A stretch of DNA of 25,441 nt from Nitrospinota bacterium (GTDB lineage: Bacteria; UBA8248), in the NCBI GenBank assembly GCA_046581755.1, contig JAYGFR010000245.1:1-25441 (forward strand), written 5' to 3'. This document shows, piece by piece, positions 1 through 9,175 of the stretch; position 1 is the first letter of the stretch, and every line of letters starts with the position of its first letter. The position numbers were made by a program, and so were the translations under genes. Below the pieces are notes generated by a model. It had not been told where the DNA came from. It made no database searches and worked only from the letters and a program-made list of their open reading frames with translations.

Positions 1-41
1 TCAACTGGCGTTTTGAATTCAACAACCCTATCCTTGCTCAT
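1..41 (-). CDS. 5' end of a gene running off the left edge (MSKDRVVEFKTPV...), product unknown
   Basis: ATG at 41-39 with AGGAG Shine-Dalgarno at 56-52; frame open to the window edge. Confidence 0.6.
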   Translation of the reverse strand, partial: MSKDRVVEFKTPV

Positions 42-99
42 GGCGTATCCACTCCTATGCTGGTTGATAACTTAGCCGTTAATACCAGCAGGATACGCC
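42..99 (-). promoter_or_regulatory. Leader hairpin enclosing the translation-initiation region of the edge gene
   Basis: Perfect inverted repeats GGCGTATCC(42-50)/GGATACGCC(91-99) and TGCTGGT(58-64)/ACCAGCA(84-90); the SD lies in a 7-nt bulge. Confidence 0.5.
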
Positions 100-395
100 T
101 CCCCTTCAAATACGGCCGTACACCACTTTTGAGCTTAACTCGAATTCGCAATCCGAAGGCAAAAGCAGGGTGCTTCGCCCGTGTTCGCGCGAAGGCCCGC
201 GCCCGCGGTAAGGTGAGAGCCTGCAAAGGCCGTCCGGCCGCCGCCAAGAGGATCGCGCAGATTCGCGGAAGGATCAGAAGTTTGAGAGCGCAAATGAGAA
301 ATTTGTTCGGCCGGCCTCGAAGCATCTGCGCACGCGGCCCGAAAGCCTCCCGGAGCGCCTGCATTAGGAGCTTGACCCAGGCGCCCGCGAACTAA
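57..395 (+). other. Very basic Arg/Ala/Lys-rich ORF with 4 spaced Cys; probably the 3' remnant of a real gene or a small hypothetical protein
   Basis: From about 150 onward codons end mostly in G/C; helical-looking sequence; TAA at 393-395 followed by a + strand terminator; no convincing start/RBS. Confidence 0.35.
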
Positions 396-421
396 GGCAC
401 AAAAGAAAAGGAACCAGTATT

Positions 422-471
422 CCGGCTTTCCCCCGGCGGGCTATCCCGCTGGGGGGGAGCTGGGGTTTTTT
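422..471 (+). terminator. Rho-independent terminator
   Basis: Long GC stem CCGGCTTTCCCCCGGCGGG / CCCGCTGGGGGGGAGCTGG with G-U pairs that favour the + strand, followed by a T run. Confidence 0.65.
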
Positions 472-609
472 CTTCCTTCTCCGAGTTCCCCCGGTTTAAG
501 CCGACTAATCAGGGATCCGTCCGGCCCGGAATTTCTCCGTCGTCTCTCCTCCGGTATTCCCCCCGGCAGCCAAATCGAGTATAATACTCTCAAATATTTC
601 AGGCTTTTA

Positions 610-639
610 TTCGTTTCGTTTCGTTTCGTTTCGTTTGGT
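610..639 (+). repeat. Pentanucleotide tandem repeat (TTCGT)x5 + TTGGT in a 5' UTR
   Basis: Directly visible; lies between TATAAT (580-585) and the RBS/ATG at 659. Confidence 0.9.
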
Positions 640-658
640 TTGTGCGGGAGGGGGATTC

Positions 659-1276
659 ATGAATCAGAGCGAGATCCGCAGCCAGGATTCTTTGCACGCC
701 TACTATGGCGAGCCCAACGAGCGCGCCGCCAAAAAGCAGATGGACAGGCTTGACAAACACTGCCGGCATTTCATTTCGGTCTCCCCGTTTTTCGTATTGG
801 CGACATCCGGCCCGGGGGGCACCGACGCTTCTCCGAGGGGCGATGCGCCCGGGTTTGTCTCCGTTGTGGACGATAACACCCTCATCGTCCCCGATCGGAT
901 GGGGAACAACCGCGTAGATTCCATGTCCAATATCTTGGAAAACCCCAACGTCGGCTTGTTGTTCCTGGTTCCGGGAATGAGCGAGACCCTGCGCATCAAC
1001 GGGAAGGCCCGTGTGACCGTGGACGAGGAACTGCTTGAGCCGATGTCGGTCCGGGGCAAGTGCCCGAAATCCGGATTGATCGTCGAGGTCGAAGAGGTGT
1101 TCATGCACTGCGCCAAGGCGCTGATGCGCTCCCATCTGTGGGACAGTGAAAGGCATATCGAGAGAAGTTCGTTCCCGACGCTGGGCCAGATATTCAAGGA
1201 CCAGATCGCCGGCATCGAAGACGCCGGCGAAACCGACAAGGCCATCCAGGAAGGGTATACGACCCGGCTTTATTGA
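659..1276 (+). CDS. Pyridoxamine 5'-phosphate oxidase-like FMN-binding protein (MSMEG_1061-type)
   Basis: Motifs DASPRGDAPGFV, PDRMGNNRVDS, VGLLFLVPG..ETLRING, EEVFMHCAKALMRS; C-terminal ...RLY; GGAGGGGG RBS before ATG 659. Confidence 0.9.
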   Translation: MNQSEIRSQDSLHAYYGEPNERAAKKQMDRLDKHCRHFISVSPFFVLATSGPGGTDASPRGDAPGFVSVVDDNTLIVPDRMGNNRVDSMSNILENPNVGLLFLVPGMSETLRINGKARVTVDEELLEPMSVRGKCPKSGLIVEVEEVFMHCAKALMRSHLWDSERHIERSSFPTLGQIFKDQIAGIEDAGETDKAIQEGYTTRLY

Positions 1277-1371
1277 ACGGCACCTTATCACTCCATTTAT
1301 GATTCCGGTGTAATCCCAACCCCGCGCGGAAAATTGCGCCCCGGGGGCGGATAGAGGAGGGCGGGTTTTCG

Positions 1372-2229
1372 ATGCCCTTTGAGATGGTCGCTCTTGTTCC
1401 GGCGTTTCTTTTTTCGCTCTCCTCGGTGCTCACGCGCCAGGGAATGGATGGGAGCACCCCCCACACCGGCAGTCTGGTCGTCTTGATATTCAACTTCGCG
1501 GCCTTTCTGATCGCGCTGACGGTGGTGGATTTTTCCAGGATTCAACTCTCCTGGCATTGGATGGCTTTCATCGGCGCCGGAATTGCCTCGCCCGCGCTTT
1601 CTCTTTTGTTCATGTACCGTTCGATCTTTCACATCGGGGTGGCGCCGACCAACTCCATCGTGATCTCCCATGCCTTCTTCGGCCCATTTTTTGCCTTCTT
1701 TCTCCTCGGGGAGAGGCCGGCCCCTTCCGTTTGGGCCGGAATCGCTATCGTTATCTGCGGCGTGTGGATCCTCATGGGAGGCGGCAGCCTGCGGAATCAG
1801 GTGCGCCACCTATGGCTTCCGGTCATGTCGGCCATCTGCTTTGGTTTGGCCCACAACCTCCGGAAAATCGGATTCATGGGGATGGACTCGCTTTTGTTCG
1901 GCGGATTTCTCCAGGCGGCTTCGGCAGCGGCGTTGGCCCCGTTCATTCTCAAGGCGGGCACCCGTGGGCAGGCTTGTGTGTTCAACCGCAAATCCCTGCG
2001 GTATTTCCTTCTGGCGGGGCTGGCGATGGTCGGCGCCCTGTTCAGCCTCCTCTACGCCCTGCGCGGGGGGCAGGTGTCCCTGATCGGCCCCATTCTGGCG
2101 TCGGCGCCGCTGTTCGCCCTGTTTTTGACCCATACGATGCTGGGCGGGAAGGAGAAAATCACTCTCCGTATCACCGGCGGCGCCTGCCTGATCGTGTTCG
2201 GGGTGGTCATGGTCACCTTGCTCAGGTAA
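1372..2229 (+). CDS. EamA/DMT family transporter
   Basis: About 10 hydrophobic segments in two repeated halves, each ending in an LGE/GKE motif followed by a final helix. Confidence 0.85.
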   Translation: MPFEMVALVPAFLFSLSSVLTRQGMDGSTPHTGSLVVLIFNFAAFLIALTVVDFSRIQLSWHWMAFIGAGIASPALSLLFMYRSIFHIGVAPTNSIVISHAFFGPFFAFFLLGERPAPSVWAGIAIVICGVWILMGGGSLRNQVRHLWLPVMSAICFGLAHNLRKIGFMGMDSLLFGGFLQAASAAALAPFILKAGTRGQACVFNRKSLRYFLLAGLAMVGALFSLLYALRGGQVSLIGPILASAPLFALFLTHTMLGGKEKITLRITGGACLIVFGVVMVTLLR

Positions 2230-2276
2230 TTTGCCTCGATTCCGGATCGGCTCTGGAGGGCAATTTCCATCGGCCC

Positions 2277-2305
2277 TTTCCAAAGCCAGGGGGCCGCGCT
2301 AGAAT
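2277..2305 (+). promoter_or_regulatory. Putative sigma70 promoter for SRP RNA/dnaX
   Basis: TTTCCA-17 bp-TAGAAT, GC-rich surroundings. Confidence 0.45.
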
Positions 2306-2362
2306 GCATTTGCGGCCGGACGGAGCGCAGGGTGTCCGATGCCGGCGCCAAAATTTGAACCC

Positions 2363-2521
<159 letters not shown>

Positions 2522-2581
2522 CACATTGCCCGTTTTTCGATTTTCCGGTTTCTCTCCACGGGATGTTGAGAGGTCCGCGGC

Positions 2582-4306
2582 ATGAATTTCATCGGAAGCG
2601 CCCGAAAGTGGCGTCCTCAGCGGTTCGATGATCTCATCGGGCAAGAGCATATCCGCCGGACCCTTACGAATGCGCTCAAAGCCAAGCGGGTTGCCTCGGC
2701 GTATCTTTTCAGCGGAACCCGGGGGGTCGGAAAAACCACGACGGCCCGGATTCTCGCCAAGGCGCTCAATTGCGAGTCCTCGGACGGCCCCGTCTCCGAG
2801 CCGTGCAACGAGTGTTCATCGTGCGAGGAGGTCAACCGGGGCTCCCATCCGGACGTTCTGGAAATCGACGGAGCGACCTATACGGGCGTCGATAACGTGC
2901 GCGATCTTCGCGAGGGGTTGCGCTACCGGCCCGCCCGCGGGCGCTATAAGACGGTTATCATCGACGAGGTGCACATGCTCTCGAAGGGCGCCTTCAATGC
3001 CCTTCTCAAGACCCTCGAAGAGCCTCCGCCCAACGTGGTTTTCATATTCGCCACCACCGAGCAGCAGCGGGTGCCAGAGACGATTCTGAGCCGGTGTCAG
3101 GTGTTCGAGTTCCGGCGAATCGCCCCGGGCATCATCGCCGGGCAGCTCTCGCGGATCGTTCAGGAGCAGGGCCTGAAAGTAGAGGAGGATGCCCTTCGCT
3201 TGCTTGGCCGCATGGGCGAGGGGAGCATGCGGGATGCGCAGTCCCTGTTGGATCAGGTCATCGCATTCTCGGGCGAAGGCCCCCTGACGGCCCGGGAGGT
3301 GGAGGGCGTTCTCGGCGTTCCCTCCTCCGAGGTGTACCGGAATATCGTTTCCGGCGTCATCGAGCGCGATACCCGCGCCGCGTTGAGGGAGTTGAACAAC
3401 ATTTTCGATGCGGGCCACGATCTGCGCCTGTTTTGCGGGAACCTCTTGGAGTACCTGCGCGATCTCATGGTCATTCAGACGGCCGGGGACGCGGAAGACC
3501 TCTTCAACCTGACCGCTGCCGAGATGGAAGAGAGAAAAGAACTTGCCCAAATGATCTCCGTCGCCGAGGCGCATCAGGCCTATTCCTTCCTCCAGAACAG
3601 CGAATTTGAATTGCGCTCATCCATCCATCCCAGGATGGCGCTGGAACTGGCCATCATCCGAATGTGCCGGATAGAGGCCATCGCCGATTTGGGCCAATTG
3701 ATCGAACGGCTCGAATCCCAGGAATCCGCTCCCCCGTCCCCGCCCGTGCCCGGCCCCGTCCGGAAAACGGCCCAGGCCCCGGAGGTCCGGGCAGTGCTCA
3801 ATCCGCCCGCGCCGGGCACGGCCGCTCCAGGGGAGAATCCCGGTCCGGAGGGGAGCGCTCCCGCCGCCCATGCGGTCCACTCTCCCTGGTCTCAGGGCGA
3901 GGCCGAGAAAATTTGGGTGGAGGCGCTGAAATCCCTGCGCCCATCCCAGCGCGGTCTTTTGACGGAAGCGGGGGTGGATATGGCCACCGAGAGGGTCATC
4001 AAGATATCGCTTCCCGCGGACAACGGCCATGCCCAGGCGTTCGAGACGGCGCGGCAAGCACTGCCCGTGCTCGAGGAATATTTCGCCGCCAATGCGCCAT
4101 GGAGCGTCCAGGTTGTGCTGGAGGATTCCGCCCGGGAAGAGCCGCCCCCTCCCCAGGCGATGGACCCCGCCCTGGAGGATGAGCGCAAGCGGAAGCGGGA
4201 GTCCGAGGAAAAATTCATCCAGGAAGTGATCGACTTATTTAACGGACAAATATCGAATATCCGGCCCGTCCGGGACAAGGGCGGCCAAGCGCATGGAGAT
4301 CGGTAA
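2582..4306 (+). CDS. dnaX: DNA polymerase III subunit gamma/tau
   Basis: ARKWRPQRFDDLIGQ, Walker A GTRGVGKTT, Zn-binding Cys cluster, IIDEVHML, SRC motif, Pro-rich linker. Confidence 0.98.
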   Translation: MNFIGSARKWRPQRFDDLIGQEHIRRTLTNALKAKRVASAYLFSGTRGVGKTTTARILAKALNCESSDGPVSEPCNECSSCEEVNRGSHPDVLEIDGATYTGVDNVRDLREGLRYRPARGRYKTVIIDEVHMLSKGAFNALLKTLEEPPPNVVFIFATTEQQRVPETILSRCQVFEFRRIAPGIIAGQLSRIVQEQGLKVEEDALRLLGRMGEGSMRDAQSLLDQVIAFSGEGPLTAREVEGVLGVPSSEVYRNIVSGVIERDTRAALRELNNIFDAGHDLRLFCGNLLEYLRDLMVIQTAGDAEDLFNLTAAEMEERKELAQMISVAEAHQAYSFLQNSEFELRSSIHPRMALELAIIRMCRIEAIADLGQLIERLESQESAPPSPPVPGPVRKTAQAPEVRAVLNPPAPGTAAPGENPGPEGSAPAAHAVHSPWSQGEAEKIWVEALKSLRPSQRGLLTEAGVDMATERVIKISLPADNGHAQAFETARQALPVLEEYFAANAPWSVQVVLEDSAREEPPPPQAMDPALEDERKRKRESEEKFIQEVIDLFNGQISNIRPVRDKGGQAHGDR

Positions 4307-4623
4307 TGCTTAAAGGCGGACTCGGAAATTTGATGAAGCAGGCGCGCCAGATGCAGGACAAGATGGAGAAGATTCAGGAGGAGATGGCCTCGCGCACCGT
4401 CGAGGCGGCCGCCGGCGGCGGGATGGTGAAGGTCACGGCGAACGGTGCGGGAGATATTGTTTCGGTGAAGATAGAAAAAGAAGTCGTCGATTCCGAAGAT
4501 GTCGAAATGCTTGAGGATCTCGTGCGGGCCGCGTGCAACGAGGCCGTCAGGAAAGGCCGCGATTTGGCAGCCGAGGAGATGAAAAAGATCACGGGCGGAT
4601 TGAATATCCCGGGGCTCATGTAG
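4306..4623 (+). CDS. ybaB: YbaB/EbfC nucleoid-associated protein
   Basis: MKQARQMQ..., AGGGMVKVTANG, DVEMLEDLV; TAATG overlap with dnaX. Confidence 0.97.
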   Translation: MLKGGLGNLMKQARQMQDKMEKIQEEMASRTVEAAAGGGMVKVTANGAGDIVSVKIEKEVVDSEDVEMLEDLVRAACNEAVRKGRDLAAEEMKKITGGLNIPGLM

Positions 4624-4635
4624 GGCGGTCGCCAG

Positions 4636-4914
4636 ATGGCACACACGGGACCAGCCGCGGGTTCCGGCCTGCGGTGCGGAAACTGCGGCTCGCGGGTCGC
4701 GGGAACCGATCTGCTCTGCCCATCCTGCGGCGCGCATCTGGTGACGGGGCTTTGTGAAAGGTGTGGCCACCGGGGGCCGCGTGAGGAGTTCCGCTTTAAC
4801 CGGTGTCCCGTCTGCGGCCACCGGGCGGACATCGGTGCGACTTTAGCCGGACCTCTCCTTCTCGCCGGGGCGCTGATGGCGTTTTTGGCCCTTGTTTTTT
4901 TTATGGGACGGTAG
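4636..4914 (+). CDS. Double zinc-ribbon protein with C-terminal membrane anchor
   Basis: Four CxxC pairs (CGNC, CPSC, CERC, CPVC) then a hydrophobic tail; tight spacing in the operon. Confidence 0.75.
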   Translation: MAHTGPAAGSGLRCGNCGSRVAGTDLLCPSCGAHLVTGLCERCGHRGPREEFRFNRCPVCGHRADIGATLAGPLLLAGALMAFLALVFFMGR

Positions 4915-4943
4915 TTATTCCCGAATCTGCCGGAGGGTAGTGC

Positions 4944-5552
4944 GTGCCGCTGGACCAGTTTCCCGCAATTCAAGAGTGCATCGATGCGTTCCGGCGGCTC
5001 CCCGGCATCGGGCCCAAGGGGGCCCAGCGCATTGTGTTCCATCTCCTGACCCAGGATCCGGAAGCGGCCTCTCAGATCGCGGCTTCATGCGAATCGATAC
5101 ACGTGCGCGTGAAGATTTGCCGAAAATGCCACATCCTCGTCGAGAGCGAAGCCGGAGGAGAGAATTGTGCGGTTTGCGGAGTCAGAGACCCGTCGGTCAT
5201 CTGCGTGGTCCAGGAGCCCGCGGACGTTTTCGCCATCGAGCGCGCGGGCGGTTTCCGCGGGCGTTTTCACGTCCTGATGGGAGTCATATCCCCTCTCGAC
5301 GGCGTCAACCCCGAGGATCTCACCATCGGGGATCTGGTGGAGCGCATCAAGAAGGATGGCGTGAACGAGGTCATCCTCGCCCTGAACCCGAACATGGCGG
5401 GAGAGGGCACCTCGCTCTACCTGGCCCAGATTCTTAAGCCACTCGGCGTCCGCGTCACCCAGCTCGCGCAGGGCCTTCCCATGGGCAGCCATCTCGAATA
5501 CGCCGATGAGTTGACCCTCATGCGCTCCATCGAAGGGCGGAGAGAGCTCTAG
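4944..5552 (+). CDS. recR: Recombination mediator RecR
   Basis: LPGIGPKGAQRI HhH, C4 zinc finger, FHVLMGVISPLDGV, Toprim domain, LEYADELTL; GTG start with GGAGG RBS. Confidence 0.98.
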   Translation: MPLDQFPAIQECIDAFRRLPGIGPKGAQRIVFHLLTQDPEAASQIAASCESIHVRVKICRKCHILVESEAGGENCAVCGVRDPSVICVVQEPADVFAIERAGGFRGRFHVLMGVISPLDGVNPEDLTIGDLVERIKKDGVNEVILALNPNMAGEGTSLYLAQILKPLGVRVTQLAQGLPMGSHLEYADELTLMRSIEGRREL

Positions 5553-5558
5553 GCGGTA

Positions 5559-6386
5559 TTATTGGACCCGCACCGAAATAATCCGGACCCCTTTGACGGG
5601 CTTGGAGCCCTGGCCTACCGGGACATCGCCGATCTGCTCGACGACGTCCATGCCCTGGACCACTTTGCCGAAAACCGTGTGTTTTCCGGTGAGATGGGGG
5701 GTGTCCCCTAGATTGATGAAAAACTGGGAGCCGTTCGTGTTCGGGCCGGAGTTGGCCATGGCGATGACCCCCTTGACGGGGGGTTGGGAATTGAGGGAGC
5801 TGTAGTAGACGTATCCCTTGTATTCGTACACGTCTTTGACGGTGAGGGCCTTGAGTTTTCGTTTGATCTCATCTTTTCTGTCATCGACGTCCTTCTGGTT
5901 CCGGACTCCCATCGAACGAAGAAGCGGAAAAAAAATCGTTCGCTGGAAGTCGCGCTGCGAGCGTATCATGAGATATGGATGCGCCCTGTCGCTTTCCGGA
6001 ATGGCCTTGAGTTTCCCCAGGCCCAGATGGGCGGCGTCGATCTCATCTTCGAACTGGTATCCGGGCCCGCCGGTGCCGGTGCCCTTGGGATCGCCCCCCT
6101 GGATCATGAATCCCTTGATCACGCGGTGGAAGATCAGCCCGTCGAAAAAGTTTTTCTTGACTTTTTTCCCGGTCCTGAAATCGGTGAACTCCTTGGTTCC
6201 CTCAGCCAGCCCGATGAAATTCGCAACCGTTTTGGGGGCCGAATCCTTGAAGAGTTCGAGATGGATGACTCCGTAGTTGGTTTTCATGATGACGACCGGG
6301 TTTCCGGCGCGGGTATTTTTAATCTCTTGAGCCAGCGCGGGCTGGATGGAAAACACTGCCATGGCGATGGCGAGGAGAAACCTCAT
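5559..6386 (-). CDS. Secreted cyclophilin-type peptidyl-prolyl isomerase with internal insertion
   Basis: Signal peptide [67 protein letters not shown]. Start moved to ATG 6386 because the longer ORF overlaps the tRNA. Confidence 0.95.
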   Translation of the reverse strand: MRFLLAIAMAVFSIQPALAQEIKNTRAGNPVVIMKTNYGVIHLELFKDSAPKTVANFIGLAEGTKEFTDFRTGKKVKKNFFDGLIFHRVIKGFMIQGGDPKGTGTGGPGYQFEDEIDAAHLGLGKLKAIPESDRAHPYLMIRSQRDFQRTIFFPLLRSMGVRNQKDVDDRKDEIKRKLKALTVKDVYEYKGYVYYSSLNSQPPVKGVIAMANSGPNTNGSQFFINLGDTPHLTGKHTVFGKVVQGMDVVEQIGDVPVGQGSKPVKGVRIISVRVQ

Positions 6387-6451
6387 TTTCAAACTCCCGG
6401 GGGACCGCGGAAAAAGGACAGCGGCACCCAAAACGATGCCGGACGATAAGG

Positions 6452-6541
6452 TGGCGGAGAGGGAGGGATTCGAACCCTCGGAACAGTCACCCATTCACAC
6501 GCTTAGCAGGCGTGCGCCTTCAGCCACTCGGCCACCTCTCC
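6452..6541 (-). tRNA. tRNA-Ser(GCT)
   Basis: GGAGAGG acceptor stem, CACGC-CT GCT AA-GCGTG anticodon arm, long variable arm, GTTCGAATC, G discriminator, encoded CCA. Confidence 0.98.
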
Positions 6542-6667
6542 GCGAATTGATATTCCATTTTTGAACCGGGGCCGCCAGTTGGGGGCGGCGTGAATTTCCC
6601 GGACAGATTGGTCTGATCGGGACATTCTGTCAACGGCGGCGAAAGGGCCCTCCGTGGCCGGGCGCGC

Positions 6668-7429
6668 CTATTTGTTTTTCCAGTTCGGCTCGCGCTTTTC
6701 GAGAAATGCGGCCAGCCCCTCCTGGCCGTCCTCGCTGTCCACGAATTTCTTGAAGAGCAGATCCCCCATCCGGAGGGCGTCGCTGCTGCTCAAATGTCGG
6801 GCGCGGACGGTGAAATCCTTTATAGCCTGGATGGCCAGCGGGGCGTTTTTCATGACCTGGCGGGCCAGGGCCTCGGTCTCCTCGAGGATGTCGCTCCCCT
6901 CGGGCACCACGCGGTTGACCAGCCCCAGCTCGAGGGCGCGCTCCGCGCTCAAGAACTCCCCCGTGAAAAGAATTTCGTAGGCGATGTTTCGCGGGACGAG
7001 GTTTGCCAAAAGAAACGGCCCGCTCACGGAGGAGACCCCGCGCTTGACCTGGGGCCAGCCGAGGCGGGCCCCCTCGGCCATGAGGCGGATATCGGTGGAT
7101 AGTGCGATGCCCGCTCCGCCGGCCAGGCAAATTCCGTTGATGGCGGCGAAACAGGGCCTCGGCAACTCGAGGATGACCTGGTAGAGATCCGAGACGGGCC
7201 GGGCTTCCTGGGTTCGCTCGCCGGCGAAGTAGGTCAGGTCGTGTCCGCTCGAAAAGGCCTTTCCGTTGCCCGTGAGGATGCAGGCTCGCACGCCTTTGTC
7301 CCTGGAAACCTCGGCCAGGATTTCGAACATCAATTCGACCATCTCCTCGTTGATGGCGTTCATCTTCTCGGGCCGGTTCAGCGTGATAAAGGCCAGCTTG
7401 TCCCTCACTTCAAATTCAATCAGAGCCAT
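6668..7429 (-). CDS. Enoyl-CoA hydratase/isomerase (crotonase) family protein
   Basis: ITLNRPEKMNAIN, AFSSGHDL, AAINGICLAGG, ERALELGLVNRVV, EGLAAFLEKREP. Confidence 0.93.
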   Translation of the reverse strand: MALIEFEVRDKLAFITLNRPEKMNAINEEMVELMFEILAEVSRDKGVRACILTGNGKAFSSGHDLTYFAGERTQEARPVSDLYQVILELPRPCFAAINGICLAGGAGIALSTDIRLMAEGARLGWPQVKRGVSSVSGPFLLANLVPRNIAYEILFTGEFLSAERALELGLVNRVVPEGSDILEETEALARQVMKNAPLAIQAIKDFTVRARHLSSSDALRMGDLLFKKFVDSEDGQEGLAAFLEKREPNWKNK

Positions 7430-7477
7430 TTCATCCCTTTCTCTCCAGCGTCCACGATCGGCGCCGGACATTCCGTT

Positions 7478-9121
7478 TCACCGGCTATCGTTGAGATTCA
7501 GATTAGCGAGCATATCCTGCCTGAGCACTTTGCGGTTGATTTTATTGCTTGAATTGAGCGGCATGGTCTCGACGAAGCGAATGTGGCGGGGAATCTTGAA
7601 CCCGGCCATTCGCTCCCGGCAAAAATCGAGCAGCTCGCTTTCCGACAAAGACGATCCCTTCCTTTTTTTCACTGCCGCGGCCGGGACCTCGCCCAGCCGC
7701 CCGTCGGGGACGCCGAACACTTCGACCGCCTCGACGGCGGGATGGCGCCTGATAAAGACGCTCAACTCCTCGGGCGAGACATTCTCTCCGCCGACGCGGA
7801 GGCGCTCCCGCAAGCGTCCCAGATAGGTCAGGTATCCCTCCGGGTCCAGGGCGCCCAGATCTCCCGACCGGTACCACCCCTCCGAATCGAAGGCGGGGGC
7901 CGCCTCGGGAGGCGGGTCATGGTAGCCCTTCATCATGGCCCATCCCCTGACCATGATTTCGCCATCCTGGCCGGCCGCGATGGATTGGCCCGTATCCGGG
8001 TGGACCACTTTCACCTCCATTCCCTCAAGAGGCAATCCCATCTTCCGCCAGCGGATCCCGGGCGGATCGCCGGGGCGGGAGAGGCATACCACGCCGGCGG
8101 CCTCGGTTAATCCGTAGTTGTTGACATATTGGTGGGGGCCGATGCGGGATTCCAGCCGCTCGAAAATGTCCGGGCTCAGGCTAGAGGCCAGCCCCGTCCG
8201 GAGCCGGGAGAGATCGTAGCCGTCCGGGTTTTCGTCGAGAAGATCGAGCTGGTCACTGACCAGGGTGGGAAACGATCGCTCAACCGTTATTCGCTCCCGC
8301 GAGAAGGTATCGAGCGCCCCCTCGGGGGAAAAGCGGCTATGGGTGAAAAAGGGGCCCCCCACCGCGACGGCGAGCCACCAGCCGCTGAACAGCCCCGCGG
8401 CGTGGCATAGCGGCATGGCGGTGTAAAAGCGATCCTCCGGTCCAAGGCCGAGGCGCTCCGCAAGCGCGATGGGCTTCCGTGCGCACGAGGCGTGCGTTAA
8501 GAGGACACCCTTGGAGGTCGAGGTGGAGCCGCTCGTATACATCAGAAGGTAGGCGTCATCGGGCTGCACCGCTTTTTCCGCCTTTTGGAGCGATCGGGAG
8601 GACAGGAATTTTCCTTCCTCCAGGCTCTCCCCGAACACGGTGGCCCCCGGGGGAGGGAGGGCCGATGTCGTCAAGATTTTTCGAAGCGAGGGAATACGGG
8701 TGGTGGTGCATTCGCCGCCGGGGACGGCTCTCAGATCGGGCGCCACCTCCTTCAGAAGGCCGTAATAGTCGGTTCCGAGAAATTCCCCCGGACAGATTAA
8801 AACCGAAATCCCGGAATGCGGCAGCAGGTAGGATAATTCGTCCACTCGAAAACGGGTGTTGATGGAAACGCCCACGGCGCCCGTCCGGGCGGCCGCGAGG
8901 AAGGCAAGGATGAGTTCCACGCCATTGGGGAGCCACAGACCCACCCGGTCTCCCGGTTCCACGCCCATCCGGAGAAAGGATTTCGCCAGCCACCCGCTTT
9001 TCTCCCACAACTCTTCGTAGGTGTAGGCGGAGCCGTCTGCCGAAAGGGCCATCTTCCCTGGATGGCGGGAGCTGGCGGCGCGGAAGAATTCGTGAAATGT
9101 GCGATCGGATGATGGGGGCAT
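7478..9121 (-). CDS. AMP-binding acyl-CoA synthetase
   Basis: YTSGSTSTSKG, YGLTE, GWYRSGDLG, GGENVSPEE, SSNKINR motifs. Confidence 0.93.
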   Translation of the reverse strand: MPPSSDRTFHEFFRAASSRHPGKMALSADGSAYTYEELWEKSGWLAKSFLRMGVEPGDRVGLWLPNGVELILAFLAAARTGAVGVSINTRFRVDELSYLLPHSGISVLICPGEFLGTDYYGLLKEVAPDLRAVPGGECTTTRIPSLRKILTTSALPPPGATVFGESLEEGKFLSSRSLQKAEKAVQPDDAYLLMYTSGSTSTSKGVLLTHASCARKPIALAERLGLGPEDRFYTAMPLCHAAGLFSGWWLAVAVGGPFFTHSRFSPEGALDTFSRERITVERSFPTLVSDQLDLLDENPDGYDLSRLRTGLASSLSPDIFERLESRIGPHQYVNNYGLTEAAGVVCLSRPGDPPGIRWRKMGLPLEGMEVKVVHPDTGQSIAAGQDGEIMVRGWAMMKGYHDPPPEAAPAFDSEGWYRSGDLGALDPEGYLTYLGRLRERLRVGGENVSPEELSVFIRRHPAVEAVEVFGVPDGRLGEVPAAAVKKRKGSSLSESELLDFCRERMAGFKIPRHIRFVETMPLNSSNKINRKVLRQDMLANLNLNDSR

Positions 9122-9175
9122 GCGCGATTCCCGGGAGTTAACGGCGGACGGAGGAGGTCTCGAACAATCCCTTTC

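Noticed and set aside
2582..4306. Programmed frameshift producing the gamma subunit of DnaX
   Set aside because: No A AAA AAG heptamer or long A run seen in the expected region.
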